Counted from the stretch's first letter, positions 29,846 through 40,065 are shown. The stretch: 64,000 bases of DNA from Euzebyales bacterium (GCA_035461305.1 DATHVN010000076.1:667-64666); one strand, 5' to 3'. The notes: a model not told the origin generated them from the sequence alone. Numbers and translations are program-made.

Positions 29846-30027
29846 GCGGTGCTCCTTGGCTGGCGGCCGGGTCAGTGGGCGGATCGAGCTGACGGCGGAT
29901 CCAGCTCGCACGTCTCGCGCCGTTGATGCCCCGTCGGCGGCCGGACGTATCGGACCCCGCGAGGACCGATGAGTCCATCCGACCTGAGCGTCGTGATCTC
30001 GACCGATGTGACACGGAAGGGCGATCG

Positions 30028-30992
30028 ATGAAGACGGAGCTCGACGAACGGTACGGCGAGCCTGGCGCTGAGCCGACGCCGTGGGCGACGGCCGAGGACG
30101 AGATGGCCGCGGCGGACGTCTGGTGGGTCACGACCCTGCGCCCCCCAGGGCGGACCGCACGCCACGCCACTGCTCGCGGTGTGGGCCACCGGCGCGCTGC
30201 ATGTCTGCACCGGCCGCGGCGAACAGAAGTGGCGGAACCGGGCGGGCAACCCGCGGTGCTCCGCCATCACGGGACACAGCGACAGGACGAGCGGCACCGA
30301 CTACGTCGTCGAGGGCGTCGCCGAGCGCGTGGTGGACGACGGGCGGCTGCGGGAGCTGGCGGACGCGTGGGAGGCAAAGTACGGACCGGAGTGGCACTTC
30401 GACGTCGCCGACGGCGCGTTCGTCGCCGGCGGCCACGTCGCCGAGGTCTTCAGAGTGCGACCGACCGTCGCCTACGCCTTCGGCAAGGACCCCTACAGCC
30501 ACACCCGCTACCGCTGGCCGGCGCGCACAGGCGCCGTTGCGGCGGCGTCGCTGCGGGACGCCACCGTGGCGGTCCGGCTCCCCGCCCAGGACCTGGACCG
30601 TGCCCGGCGCTTCTACGCCGACGCGCTCGGCCTCGAACCGAACGAGACCCGCGACGGCGGGCTGCGCTATCTGTGCGGCGACATCGAGTTCGTGGTGTTC
30701 AAGTCGTCGGGCCGTCGGTCCGGCGAGCACACGCAGGCGGGCTTCTACGTCGACGACATCGACGCGACCGTCGCCGAGCTGTCGGGCCGCGGCGTGGTGT
30801 TCGAGCAGGCGGCGATGGATGATCTGCCCGTGGACGGCGTCGTGGTCGACATCCCCCGGTACCTATCCATCCACCGGGGCGGTCGGCGAACGGGCGGCCT
30901 GGTTCCGCGACAGCGAAGGCAACCTGCTCGGCGTCAGCCAGCTCGTGATGCCCGGGTCGCCTGCTGCCGCACGCGACGTCTTCAGGCGGTGA
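30028..30992 (+). pseudogene. Pyridoxamine-5'-phosphate-oxidase-like protein running into a VOC/glyoxalase-fold domain; two frameshifts in C-runs
   Basis: MKTELDERYGEP..DVWWVTTLRP, shift at the C6 run 30141-30146, ..HATPLLAVWATGALHVCTGRGEQKWRN..AEVFRVRPTVAYAF... No stop precedes the VOC part (..VRLPAQDLDRARRFYADALGLEP..GFYVDDIDATVAELSGRGVVF..). Shift at the C5 run 30853-30857, then ..ERAAWFRDSEGNLLGVSQLV*. Confidence 0.6.
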
Positions 30993-31157
30993 CCGTCGCG
31001 CGCAGCCGTCCTGCGGCTCACCTGGGGTAGCATGCGCCTTCGTGCGCAGACCAACGACCTCGGCCGACCTGGACGATCGTCCGCTGGGGCGGCGCGCCGG
31101 CTTCATCGCGGACGACCGCGGCTGGGCGGAGCCGATCGAACCGTGCCGCGGCGCCGC

Positions 31158-32015
31158 GTGACGGCGGCCACCGACGCGCGGATCTCCGTGCGGCAGGACC
31201 TGCAGCTGGCCGTGCGCCGCTGGGTGGGTGCCACGAGCCCATCGTTCGTGCTGGTCCACGGGCTGGCGTCGAACGCGCGCATGTGGGACGGGGTCGCTGC
31301 TCGGCTGTGCGACGCGGGTCACGCCGTCGTCGCTCTCGATCAGCGCGGCCACGGTCGCTCGTACGCGCCCAACGCCGGCTACGACTTCGCGACGGTCACC
31401 GACGATCTGCGCCTGCTGGTCGACGCGCTGGGCCTCGTGCGTCCCGTGCTGGTCGGCCAGTCGTGGGGTGGCAACGTGGTGTTGGAGGCCGCCGCGAGGT
31501 GGGGTGACTGGCTGGCGGGGATCGCGGCCGTCGACGGCGGGACGATCGATCTGCAGCAGCGCTTCCCGACGTGGGAGGCGTGCGCCGCGCAGCTCGCGCC
31601 ACCCGTCTTCGACGGCATCACCCGCCCAGAGCTCGAGCGCCGCGTGCGTCGGATGCACCCTGACTGGCCCGACGACGGCATCGCCGGCATCCTCGCGAAC
31701 CTCGCCGAACTGCCCGACGGATCGCTGCGACCGCACCTGCGCCGGGACCTGCACATGCAGATCCTCCGCGCGCTGTGGGAACACGAGCCGACAAAGCGCT
31801 ACCGCGCGATCGACGCACCGGTGCTGCTGATCCCGGCCGACGCGGGAGACGCCGCCCGGACGTCGACCACCCGCCACGACGTCGGCGTCGCGGCCGATCT
31901 GCTCCCCCGTTCGCGGGTCCGCTGGCTCGTCGGCGACCACGACCTGCACGCTCAGCAGCCCGACGCGGTCGCACGGCTGCTGCTCGACGCCGTCGGCGAC
32001 GGCTTCTTCCGTTGA
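31158..32015 (+). CDS. Alpha/beta hydrolase
   Basis: FVLVHGLASNARMWD, nucleophile elbow VGQSWGG, C-terminal ..DHDLHAQQP. The GTG 31158 start is uncertain (the ORF opens at 31032). Confidence 0.7.
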   Translation: MTAATDARISVRQDLQLAVRRWVGATSPSFVLVHGLASNARMWDGVAARLCDAGHAVVALDQRGHGRSYAPNAGYDFATVTDDLRLLVDALGLVRPVLVGQSWGGNVVLEAAARWGDWLAGIAAVDGGTIDLQQRFPTWEACAAQLAPPVFDGITRPELERRVRRMHPDWPDDGIAGILANLAELPDGSLRPHLRRDLHMQILRALWEHEPTKRYRAIDAPVLLIPADAGDAARTSTTRHDVGVAADLLPRSRVRWLVGDHDLHAQQPDAVARLLLDAVGDGFFR

Positions 32016-32245
32016 CGCGCACCACCGTGGCCGGTGGGGCACCAGCCGTCGTGCCATCCGGACCGACGCCCGCGCTGCGCGCGTCGGTCCGGATGGCACG
32101 ACGGATCGCGGACGATGGTCCCTGACCGGCCGTCACACCCGGTCGAAGCTGGAGGGTCCGGCGGCGGCGCCTGCGACACGGCGGCACGCCGGGCCAGGCC
32201 CGCGACCCGGCTGGGCCCACGGTCGAGCGGCACGGGAGGCAGCCG

Positions 32246-32620
32246 ATGACCACCACCACCGACCACCACGGCCACGGTCCCGCCGCTGCGCGCCTGCGGG
32301 AGCTGCGCGAACCGACCATCCGCCTGCGCCGACGCATCCCAGAGGCGTTCCAGGCCTTCCTCGACCTGTCGAACGCGGCCATGACCGACGGTGCGCTGTC
32401 GGCGAAGCACAAGGAGCTGATCGCACTGGCTCTCGCGGTCTCCCAGCACTGCGAGGGATGCATCGCCTACCACGCGCGCGGTGCGGCCCGACGCGGGGCG
32501 ACCGAGCCGGAGGTGGCCGAGGCCCTCGCCGTCACGATCGTGCTCGGTGGCGGTCCGGCGGCCAGTGACTACGCGCCCCGCGCCCTGCAGGCGTTCCGCG
32601 AGTTCGCCGACGCGGACTGA
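32246..32620 (+). CDS. Carboxymuconolactone decarboxylase / AhpD-like family protein
   Basis: ..LSAKHKELIALALAVSQHCEGCIAYHARGA.. with a CxxC motif typical of the AhpD-like fold. Confidence 0.75.
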   Translation: MTTTTDHHGHGPAAARLRELREPTIRLRRRIPEAFQAFLDLSNAAMTDGALSAKHKELIALALAVSQHCEGCIAYHARGAARRGATEPEVAEALAVTIVLGGGPAASDYAPRALQAFREFADAD

Positions 32621-32934
32621 GGCAGCGGGCCGGCGGCGCCGGCTCCTGCGTGACGACCCCGTGAGGTCGCTCCGCGGCCGCCGCACCTCAGCAGCCCAAC
32701 TGGTCACCGCTTCCCGTCTTGGCCGGACCACTCCCGGAGGGGCGATCCGGCCCACGGGTCGTGTCGACACATGCCGATGACGGCAGCAGCACACCTCGCA
32801 CATGGTTCCCTTGTGCGGACTCGGGCGTCGTCAGTGTCCGCCGAGGCGGGGATGGAATCAACGGGCGCGTCGGCGTGGTTCGGCGCCCGCGACCGCCGCG
32901 GACAGCAGTCGAGGGGTCGCCGTGCATGATCAGG

Positions 32935-34269
32935 TCACGACGACTCGGCGGGCCCGGGGCCGACCGCGTCGCGGACGGCCCGCTGGCGTGCACGTCCGGC
33001 CGCCTCGCGGACCGTGGCGAGCTCGGCGGGGAGCCAGCCGACACGTTCGGCCTCGTCGAGGATCAGGTCGATCTCGCGGTCGATGGCCGCACCCCGCACG
33101 GGGTCGTCGGTCTCGCCGTGCACGTTCTCGAGCATCAGCAGCAGCGCGAGTGCGACGTTGGGCCGATGCGCCATGGACCAGCGCACGTGCCCGCAGACGA
33201 TCTGCAGATGGATCACGAGGTCGAGTCCGGTGGCGAACACCCGAAGGTCACCGGCGTCGTCGCAGATCCGCACCGGCGCGACGTGTCGACGGGCCATCTC
33301 TGTCAGCACGACCGTCGCGTGGTGGATCGCCTGCACAGCCGAGTACGGGTCGTTGAGCGACGGCGACAGAGCACGGCCGGCGATGTCGACCAGCTGGCGC
33401 AGGCCGAACCCGACGTCCTGCTCGATCTTGCGCTCCCGATGGATGATCAGGGTCCGGCCGACCACCCGTTGGTAGCGCTCGATGTCCGCTGCGCCGTCGA
33501 TCCAGCCGATCGGCCGGCCCCGGACCACGTGGAAGCCGGTCATCGCCGTGATGACCACTGTCGCACCGTCGCCCAGGGCCAGCTCGGCGACCGGCCTGGG
33601 ATCGATCGCCTGGACGTACCCGGACCGCGGCGCCACCAGCGCGGCCGCCGAGTGCGGTCGATCCGGAGGCGTCGCCGCGGCGTGGTCGGGCTGGCCGAGT
33701 GGCATCGTCTCGCGCACCAGGTGCAGCGTCATGGTCGCGACGTCGCTCATGATCGTGTCGATGCGGATGCTGTTGGTGATGTGCTGGATGTAGTAGACGA
33801 GCATCCCGACACTGATCAGCGCCAGTGCCAGGGCTCCCGAGACTGCGAGCCGGGGAACGAACGCGCTCCCGCCCGCATCGGGGCTGCCGACCGTGTGGAG
33901 GCCGGCGAGGCTGTAGGCGACGGTCCCGACGAACGTCGACAGGACGAGCTGGGTCCCACTGTCACGCAGGAACGAGCGCAGCAGGCGCGGCGAGAACTGC
34001 GTCGAGGCGATCTGCAGCGCCACGACGGTCAGCACGAAGACCAGGCTGGTCACCGTGATCATCGTGCTCGTCACGGTCGCCAGCAGCTGCCGGGCGTCGG
34101 TCGCGTCACCCTTGAACGCCACGCGCCCGAGCAGGCTGTCCGCGGCGACCTCGATCATCGACAAGACGAGGCCGAGCAGGAGCGCCGAGACGATCGCGAG
34201 CGTCGGCTTGGCCCACAGCGGCCAGCGCGTCATGCTGCGAAGCTCGGCGCGGCGTGCCGTCAGACGCAC
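32935..34269 (-). CDS. DUF2254 membrane protein
   Basis: N-terminal TM segments (..VFVLTVVALQIASTQFSPRLLRSFLRD..) and a soluble C-terminal domain (..DVGFGLRQLVDIAGRALSPSLNDPYSAVQAI..). Start at GTG 34269 or ATG 34233. Confidence 0.7.
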   Translation of the reverse strand: MRLTARRAELRSMTRWPLWAKPTLAIVSALLLGLVLSMIEVAADSLLGRVAFKGDATDARQLLATVTSTMITVTSLVFVLTVVALQIASTQFSPRLLRSFLRDSGTQLVLSTFVGTVAYSLAGLHTVGSPDAGGSAFVPRLAVSGALALALISVGMLVYYIQHITNSIRIDTIMSDVATMTLHLVRETMPLGQPDHAAATPPDRPHSAAALVAPRSGYVQAIDPRPVAELALGDGATVVITAMTGFHVVRGRPIGWIDGAADIERYQRVVGRTLIIHRERKIEQDVGFGLRQLVDIAGRALSPSLNDPYSAVQAIHHATVVLTEMARRHVAPVRICDDAGDLRVFATGLDLVIHLQIVCGHVRWSMAHRPNVALALLLMLENVHGETDDPVRGAAIDREIDLILDEAERVGWLPAELATVREAAGRARQRAVRDAVGPGPAESS

Positions 34270-34616
34270 GATGCGCGCTCCTCCGTTGATGCCGACCCGG
34301 CCGGCCGTGCCGACCTGCGCCCCTTCCCGATTATTCGCCCTGACGCGACCCGGGACCAGAGCTCGTCCGGCGGGACCCACCGGGATGCGCGGTCCTTCGC
34401 GCGGGTGAGGCATGCGGCGACGGTCCCCGGACGGCCCGACGCATGCATCGCCAGCCGCCGGGCCCGCGCAGGTTCCCCGGGATTGCCGACGATCGTCGGT
34501 AGCCTCGTCGCGACTACGTACTCGTCATGCGTACGCAGTGGCGGCGCAGGCTCGGCGCACACGCCTGCAGCCCGTGCCGTGCCGTTGGAACAGCCGGCGC
34601 ACACCGAGGAGCGCGC

Positions 34617-35342
34617 GTGCGGTCACGGCCCGACATCCGTCTCGCGGTCCACTGGGCTGCGACGGCGGCCGTCGCCGCGCTCGCGGTCGGCACCATCATG
34701 ACCCGGGTGGAGGCCCCGGACGACCGGCCCGCTCCGGAGCCGGCGTGCTCCGGCCCACCCGTCGCGCTGACGTTCGACGACGGCCCGAGCCGTGACCACG
34801 CCGTGCGACTGGCCGACATCCTGGCGCGCAACGACGTGCGCGCGACGTTCTTCATGACGGGCCAGTCGGTGGCGGCACGGCCCGGCCGTGCCAGCCGCTT
34901 CGCACGGGACGGCCACCGGATCTACAACCACACGTACGACCACCTCGACCTGACCGCCGTCAGCGACGCCGAGATCCACCGTCAGGTCGCGATGACCCGA
35001 CGGGCGCTGCGCGCGGCCGGCATCCGTGATGGCCGCGTCGTCCGGCCGCCGTACGGCAGGATCAACCGACGCGTGCGAGGGGTCCTGCGCGACATGGGCT
35101 ACCGGTCGGCCCGTTGGACGGTCGACACCAACGACTGGGACCGGTCGCGCACGGCGGACGACATCCACCGCGCCGTCGTCGCCGGCCTCGAGCCCCGGGC
35201 GAACATCCTCCTGCACGACAAGGAGGACTCCGACGCGACCGTGGCCGCGGTCCCGCGGATCATCCGCACGGTCCGACGCCGCGGCTACTGCTTCGGCGTC
35301 GTCGACCGGCGTGGCCGCGTCGTGCGCGACCGCAGGAGCTGA
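34617..35342 (+). CDS. Polysaccharide deacetylase (NodB homology domain), membrane-anchored or secreted
   Basis: GTG 34617 follows GAGGAG. Hydrophobic N-terminus; VALTFDDGP, ..FFMTG.., HTYDH, ..RPPYG... Confidence 0.75.
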   Translation: MRSRPDIRLAVHWAATAAVAALAVGTIMTRVEAPDDRPAPEPACSGPPVALTFDDGPSRDHAVRLADILARNDVRATFFMTGQSVAARPGRASRFARDGHRIYNHTYDHLDLTAVSDAEIHRQVAMTRRALRAAGIRDGRVVRPPYGRINRRVRGVLRDMGYRSARWTVDTNDWDRSRTADDIHRAVVAGLEPRANILLHDKEDSDATVAAVPRIIRTVRRRGYCFGVVDRRGRVVRDRRS

Positions 35343-35447
35343 TCGCCGACACGGCGAGCGGCCACGGATGCCGCCGCCCGCCGCATCTCCGGCGCGACGA
35401 GGCCGTCACCTGTTTCGATGCCGAGGTGTCCGCAACGAGGTGGGGTC

Positions 35448-35847
35448 ATGAAGATCATGCTGCTGTGCTCGGCCTTCAATGGCCTGAGTGAACGGGCGTG
35501 GATCGATCTGCGCGGCAGGCCATGAGGTCGTCGTGCGCGTCGTCGGCGACGCCGAGGCGCTCACCGCCGGCCGCCCGGCGTTCGAGGACGCCGTCGTGTC
35601 CTGTGCGCACCGGCTCGCGGCGAGCGACCGCTACGACGAGCTGCTGGTCGCCAAGCACACACCGCCCTCGAGGCGGACACGTGCGACCTGCGGCTCGACG
35701 CCTATCGCGTGCAGGAGCTGGCCGAGATGCGGGCGGACATCTTCGACGACCGGCTTCTCGTCCGCGCGTCTGGCGTTCGTGTCGAAGCAGCCACCCGGCG
35801 CCGGTCCGCGACCGACCGAGGCCGAGGCACGCCCCGCCGCGCACTGA
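35448..35847 (+). pseudogene. Collapsed HoxX/HypX-like (formyltransferase / enoyl-CoA hydratase fusion) gene
   Basis: ATG 35448 gives MKIMLLCSAFNGLSERAWIDLR, a stop and shift, then AGHEVVVRVVGDAEAL... It then jumps to a C-terminal-type segment (..YDELLVAKH..LDAYRVQELAEMRADIFDD..). About 130 codons remain of a family that is normally >500 aa. Confidence 0.45.
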
Positions 35848-35939
35848 TCGGCAGACGGGCGGGCTGAGCAGGGCGCCGGCCGATCGTCCTCGGCTACGCT
35901 GCAGGTCCGCCCACACACGCTCGACCGCGGAGGATGGCG

Positions 35940-36404
35940 ATGAGGATCGCGTTCGGTGCCGACGACACATCTGCGACGGTCGACGCGGTGCTCGACCACC
36001 TGCGCGACGCCGGTCACGACGTGACGGTCGTCGACGCGGGCACGCCGTGGCCGACCATCGCCCACCGGGTGGGCACGGCGGTCGTCGACGGCACGACGGA
36101 CACGGGCATCGTCATGTGCTGGACGGGCACCGGCACGAGCATCGCGGCCAACAAGGTCCCCGGGGTGCGTGCCGCGCTGGCGTGGGAGCCGTGGATCGCG
36201 CGAAACGCGCGCCGATGGAACGACGCCAACGTCCTCGCGCTGAGCCTGAAGCGCACGGCGCCGGACGTCGCGGTCGAGATCGTCGACGCGTTCCTCGACG
36301 TCGAGACGCCCGACGCCGACGAGGTCGACAACATCGCAGCCATGGAGCGCTGGCAGGGGCCCACGGGCATCGACTCGACGAGTGGATTCAAGTCTAACGT
36401 TTAA
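35940..36404 (+). CDS. rpiB: Ribose-5-phosphate isomerase B (RpiB/LacA/LacB family)
   Basis: MRIAFGADD.., ..GIVMCWTGTGTSIAANKVPGVRAAL..ARRWNDANVLALS... ATG 35940 lies 6 nt after GGAGG. Confidence 0.8.
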   Translation: MRIAFGADDTSATVDAVLDHLRDAGHDVTVVDAGTPWPTIAHRVGTAVVDGTTDTGIVMCWTGTGTSIAANKVPGVRAALAWEPWIARNARRWNDANVLALSLKRTAPDVAVEIVDAFLDVETPDADEVDNIAAMERWQGPTGIDSTSGFKSNV

Positions 36405-36986
36405 CTAGAACGTGAGAGTTCTGCGCTGCGCAAAGTCGGAATAGCCCTCGGTATCGCGATCACAGGGAGCTCCGCGCCCTGGCAGCACGCGGCGATACCT
36501 GACCTCGGGCGCCTCGATGCCCAGCACGGTCTGGCGACGCCGTGTGCCGTCGGCGGCCCAGCCCCGCGCCGTGTAGAAGACCCGCGCGCGTTCGTTGCCC
36601 TCGTGGACCCACAGCACGGCGTCGCCGAACCCCACCGCACGCAAGCGGTCACAGCCGGCGGCCAGCAGGGCGCTGCCGACGCCGCGACGCCAGTGGTCAG
36701 GGTCGACGTAGAGCGCATAGACCTCACCTCGCGCCGCATCTGCCTTGAGCTCCTCGCCGCCGACCAGGACGAACCCGACCGCGCGCCCGAGGTCCTCCAG
36801 CAGCAGCTGTGCGGACCGCCGGGGCGGATCGTCGAGCACCTCGTGCCACAGATCGATCCGGTCCGTCACCGACAGCCCGTCGAGGAACGCGGCGGGCATC
36901 AACCCCCGGTACGCGCGCTGCCAGGCCCGCACGTGCAAGTCGGCGAGCGCGTCCGCGTCGTGCGGGTGTGCCGTGCGCAAGTGCAT
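36405..36986 (-). CDS. GNAT family N-acetyltransferase
   Basis: ..LYVDPDHWRRGVGSALLAAGCDRLRAVGFGDAVLWVHEGNERARVFYTARGW... Its stop abuts the rpiB stop with no gap. Confidence 0.75.
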   Translation of the reverse strand: MHLRTAHPHDADALADLHVRAWQRAYRGLMPAAFLDGLSVTDRIDLWHEVLDDPPRRSAQLLLEDLGRAVGFVLVGGEELKADAARGEVYALYVDPDHWRRGVGSALLAAGCDRLRAVGFGDAVLWVHEGNERARVFYTARGWAADGTRRRQTVLGIEAPEVRYRRVLPGRGAPCDRDTEGYSDFAQRRTLTF

Positions 36987-37079
36987 CGGCGTCTCCGGTG
37001 TCGCGGCGTTCCTGCACCGACGCTAGCCGCTGGTGCCGGGTCCGTTCACCCAGCCCCGGCTGCTGGTGGTCCCTGAACG

Positions 37080-37900
37080 GTGCCGGAACGTGTGTTAGTG
37101 GACAACCGTCGGCACACCCGGACGAGCAACGTCCGCAACACCACGGTCCCGGCGCCGGAGCTGACGATCGAGGTGCCCGACGAGGGCAGCAAACTCCGCG
37201 GCACCGTCGAGGTGCGGGCGGTGGCCGACCCGGAGCGGGGCACGCACGAGGTCACGTTCGAGCGCCGCGTCGGTGACGGCGGGTGGACCGAGATCGGGAC
37301 CGACGACTCGTCGCCCGCCTACTCGGTGTTCGACGACCTCTCGGCGCTGAGCCTGGCGGCGGGCACCGCGATCGCCTACCGAGCGACGCCGCACGACGGC
37401 GACACGACGGTGGTCAGCGACGTGCGGACGGTCCAGTTCGCCGGGCCACCGGCCGAGCAGGCGATCGTGCACTAACACCGGCCCGCGGGCGACTACGCCG
37501 ACTGGGCGCTGCACCTCTTGGGCGACGCGGTCGCTCCCGACGTGCTGGCGAGAGGCGCGTCCGCCGGGCGGGGGGTGGGCCTGCGAGGCTGCCCGGTGGT
37601 CGAAGGTGGGCGATGCGAGTACAGCACCCGAGCGCAAAGGCGACCACCCACACGGCGAACGCGCGCACACGTGCGTCGGCGCCACCGATCGTGTCCGCGT
37701 CCGCCGGAACCGTGCTCACCGACGGTCCTCCGGCACCTCGGCCTCCCTGGTTCGACACGGCGTGCGTGGAACGGGCTTCGCTGCCGCACGGGCGATTCGG
37801 ACCCGGACATGATGCACCGTCGTGGTAGCAGGACCGTCGCCTCGACAGCCGTGGACTTGTACCGCGAACGACTGTCCAACGACGAACGCGGCTGTGCGCG
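37080..37900 (+). pseudogene. Internal fragment of a pullulanase/alpha-glucan-debranching-type glycosidase with an in-frame stop
   Basis: Ig-like segment (..LTIEVPDEGSKLRGTVEVRAV..), then ..QAIVH-TAA(37473-37475)-HRPAGDYADWALHLLGDAVAPDVLA, resembling the HYHRPDGDY-W-LH-WGD N-terminal motif. No signal peptide or catalytic domain follows. Confidence 0.4.
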
Positions 37901-39517
37901 TCAGGCCAGACGCAGAACGCGGTACATGGGAACCGGCTGTTCGCGCCCCTTGACGGCGACCGGGCCGAGCGCTTCCGCGACCACCCGGTCCGCGACGCGG
38001 TCGTGGGTCGCGCCCGACAGCACCACTTCCCCGGGCGTGGCTGCGGCCTGGACCCGCGCCGCGACGTTGACCGCGTCTCCGATCACCGTGAACGAGTGCT
38101 GCCGGTCGGTGCCGACGTTGCCGATCACGGCGCGGCCGGTGTTGACGCCGATCCGGAAACGGGGCCATCCGGGGTGGGCGTCGGCGACGTCGCGCACCGC
38201 GTCGCGCATGCCGACCGCCGCCTGCACCGCGCGCAGGGCGTGGTCGGGCTGGTCACCCAGCGCATTGAAGACCACGAGCACGGCATCGCCCGCGAAGCGC
38301 TCGATCATGCCCTCCGGCGCACCCGTGACGGCGGGCACGGCGCGCTCCCAGTACCCGTTGAGCATCGTGACGACCTCGGCGGGGTCACGTGCCTCGGAGA
38401 ACGCGGTGAAGCCGGCGAGGTCCGCGAACAGCACGGTGATCTCCGCCTCGTGCCCGCCGAGACCGGCACGGTCCGGGTCGTCGACCAGCCGCGACGCAAG
38501 TTGCGGTCCCACATAGTGTCGGAACAGCTCGTCGACGCGGACGAGCTCGCGTGCGGATCGCTCGAGCGCGCGGACCTCGTCGGCCCCCAGCCCGCCGTCC
38601 TTGAGGTCCTCGACGACCGTGGCGGTCGATCCACCCTCCTCCAACGTGCGCACGAACGCCGCCAGCCCGGACGAGGTGCGCTCGTCGAGGCGGTCGATGG
38701 TCCGGTCGAGATATAGCCCGCGCAGCGTCCCGGTCACCGACCGCTCCCGGCGGTAGGCGGAACGCGCGGCGAGGAACACCACGCCGAACGCCGCGGTGAT
38801 CAGGACGTGCCACTCCCACCATGTCACATGCCAGGCGCGTCCGAACATGATCGCGATCATCGCCTCGGCCAGCAGCACGAAGGCCACCGCCACGGCCAGC
38901 GGCAGCTGGTCACCGCGTGTGCGGTGGAGCCCGAGGTAGCGCACGGCGGCCACCAGGTACAGCACGATCGCCAGCGGCGCCAGGAGCCGGATCACGGGCG
39001 GGGCGATCTCGGCGGGAGGTGCGTCGAGCCCCGACGTCCGTGTCAGCGAGGCGACGGCCCACGCGACGATCACGGCGCCGATGCCGGCGCGCAGTGCACG
39101 CAGCCGTCCACGGCTGCGTCCCCACCTGACGAGCTCGACCGTCGAGGCGACCGCCAGGACAGAGGCGAGCAGCAGCCCAACGGGCGTCGCGATCGTGAAC
39201 CCCAGGTTCTGGTCGGCGAGCACGACGCCCGGCGTCGCCAACGCGTGCAGCCCGAGGAACCCGGCACACGTCAGCAGGACGAGCGACACCAGGAAGGTGC
39301 GGCTGTCGGCGTGCTGCTCGGCGGCACCGCCGATGACCAGCCCCAGCACCAGATCGACCACCGCGACCAGCAGCACGAGCCAGAAGTGGGCGGGATGATG
39401 CTGCCACTCGACGTCGAGCGGCGGCACCGCGAGCAGCACGACCAGCCCGACCATCGGGAGCGCCAGCACCGCGAGCACGGCCGGCAGCCGCGTCCACCGG
39501 GTGGCTGCGGCGCTCAT
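37901..39517 (-). CDS. Membrane-anchored class III adenylate/guanylate cyclase
   Basis: ATG 39517. About 7 hydrophobic segments, then ITVLFADLAGFTAFSE..FAGDAVLVVFNA..RIGVNTGRAVIGNVG..TVIGDAVNVAARV. Confidence 0.8.
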   Translation of the reverse strand: MSAAATRWTRLPAVLAVLALPMVGLVVLLAVPPLDVEWQHHPAHFWLVLLVAVVDLVLGLVIGGAAEQHADSRTFLVSLVLLTCAGFLGLHALATPGVVLADQNLGFTIATPVGLLLASVLAVASTVELVRWGRSRGRLRALRAGIGAVIVAWAVASLTRTSGLDAPPAEIAPPVIRLLAPLAIVLYLVAAVRYLGLHRTRGDQLPLAVAVAFVLLAEAMIAIMFGRAWHVTWWEWHVLITAAFGVVFLAARSAYRRERSVTGTLRGLYLDRTIDRLDERTSSGLAAFVRTLEEGGSTATVVEDLKDGGLGADEVRALERSARELVRVDELFRHYVGPQLASRLVDDPDRAGLGGHEAEITVLFADLAGFTAFSEARDPAEVVTMLNGYWERAVPAVTGAPEGMIERFAGDAVLVVFNALGDQPDHALRAVQAAVGMRDAVRDVADAHPGWPRFRIGVNTGRAVIGNVGTDRQHSFTVIGDAVNVAARVQAAATPGEVVLSGATHDRVADRVVAEALGPVAVKGREQPVPMYRVLRLA

Positions 39518-39669
39518 GTGCGCCGCCCCGGCTCCGGTGACGCCTGCAGTGTCGCATCGAGGTGGCCGGCGTCGAGGTGGATGACCCGGATCCCGAGCAG
39601 CGTGCCGAGGCCGCGGCTGACATGGGTCCTGCCGCCGCCACAGTTGCCGATGACTGCCACACGCTGCAC
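39514..39669 (-). pseudogene. N-terminal stub of a P-loop kinase (topology-modulation/adenylate-kinase-like)
   Basis: GTG 39669: VQRVAVIGNCGGGRTHVSRGLGTLLGIRVIHLDAGH.. then stop after 51 codons. The P-loop is degenerate (GNCGGGRT). Confidence 0.35.
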
Positions 39670-39749
39670 GCCTGCAGCGTAGCGACACCGACCCGCCGGG
39701 CACGTCCTAGAGTGCAGCTCCGAGCCGCCCCGACGCGAAGGGACGTGCG

Positions 39750-40065
39750 ATGTTCGCCATGTTCGGCAAGCTGACGGCCACGTCAGGGCAGCGCGACGAG
39801 CGCTCGAGATCCTCCTCGAGGCCGCGGACGTCGTGGGCGACGTCGACGGTGCACGCTGTACCTCGTGAACATGGCCACCCACGATCCGGACGGCGTGTTC
39901 GTCTACGAGGTGTGGGACAGCGCGGACGCGCACCGGGCCTCGCTGGAGGTCGAGGCGGTGCGCAGCGCCATCTCGCGCGCAATGCCGCTGCTCGTGGGCC
40001 CGCCGATCGGCCAGTTGACGCTGACGCCCGTCGGCGGCCTGGGGATGCCAGAAGCCGGAGGTTGA
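39750..40065 (+). pseudogene. Antibiotic-biosynthesis-monooxygenase (ABM) fold protein with two 1-nt frameshifts (or assembly errors)
   Basis: MFAMFGKLTATSGQRDE, shift, ALEILLEAADVVGDVDG, shift, CTLYLVNMATHDPDGVFVYEVWDSADAHRASLEVEAV..PVGGLG. Read across three frames. Confidence 0.55.

Noticed and set aside
30699-32099. 466-aa minus-strand ORF
   Set aside because: It is antisense to the alpha/beta hydrolase and VOC coding regions, which have clear motifs, and its composition is low-complexity.
32719-34701. 660-aa plus-strand ORF
   Set aside because: It is antisense to the DUF2254 gene, Arg/Gly/Asp/His-rich without motifs, and its 3' end runs out of frame into the deacetylase gene.
36380-36400. 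tRNA-like T-loop (ggattcaagtct)
   Set aside because: The flanking bases do not pair as a T-stem, no acceptor or anticodon arms can be drawn, and the sequence lies inside the rpiB 3' coding end.
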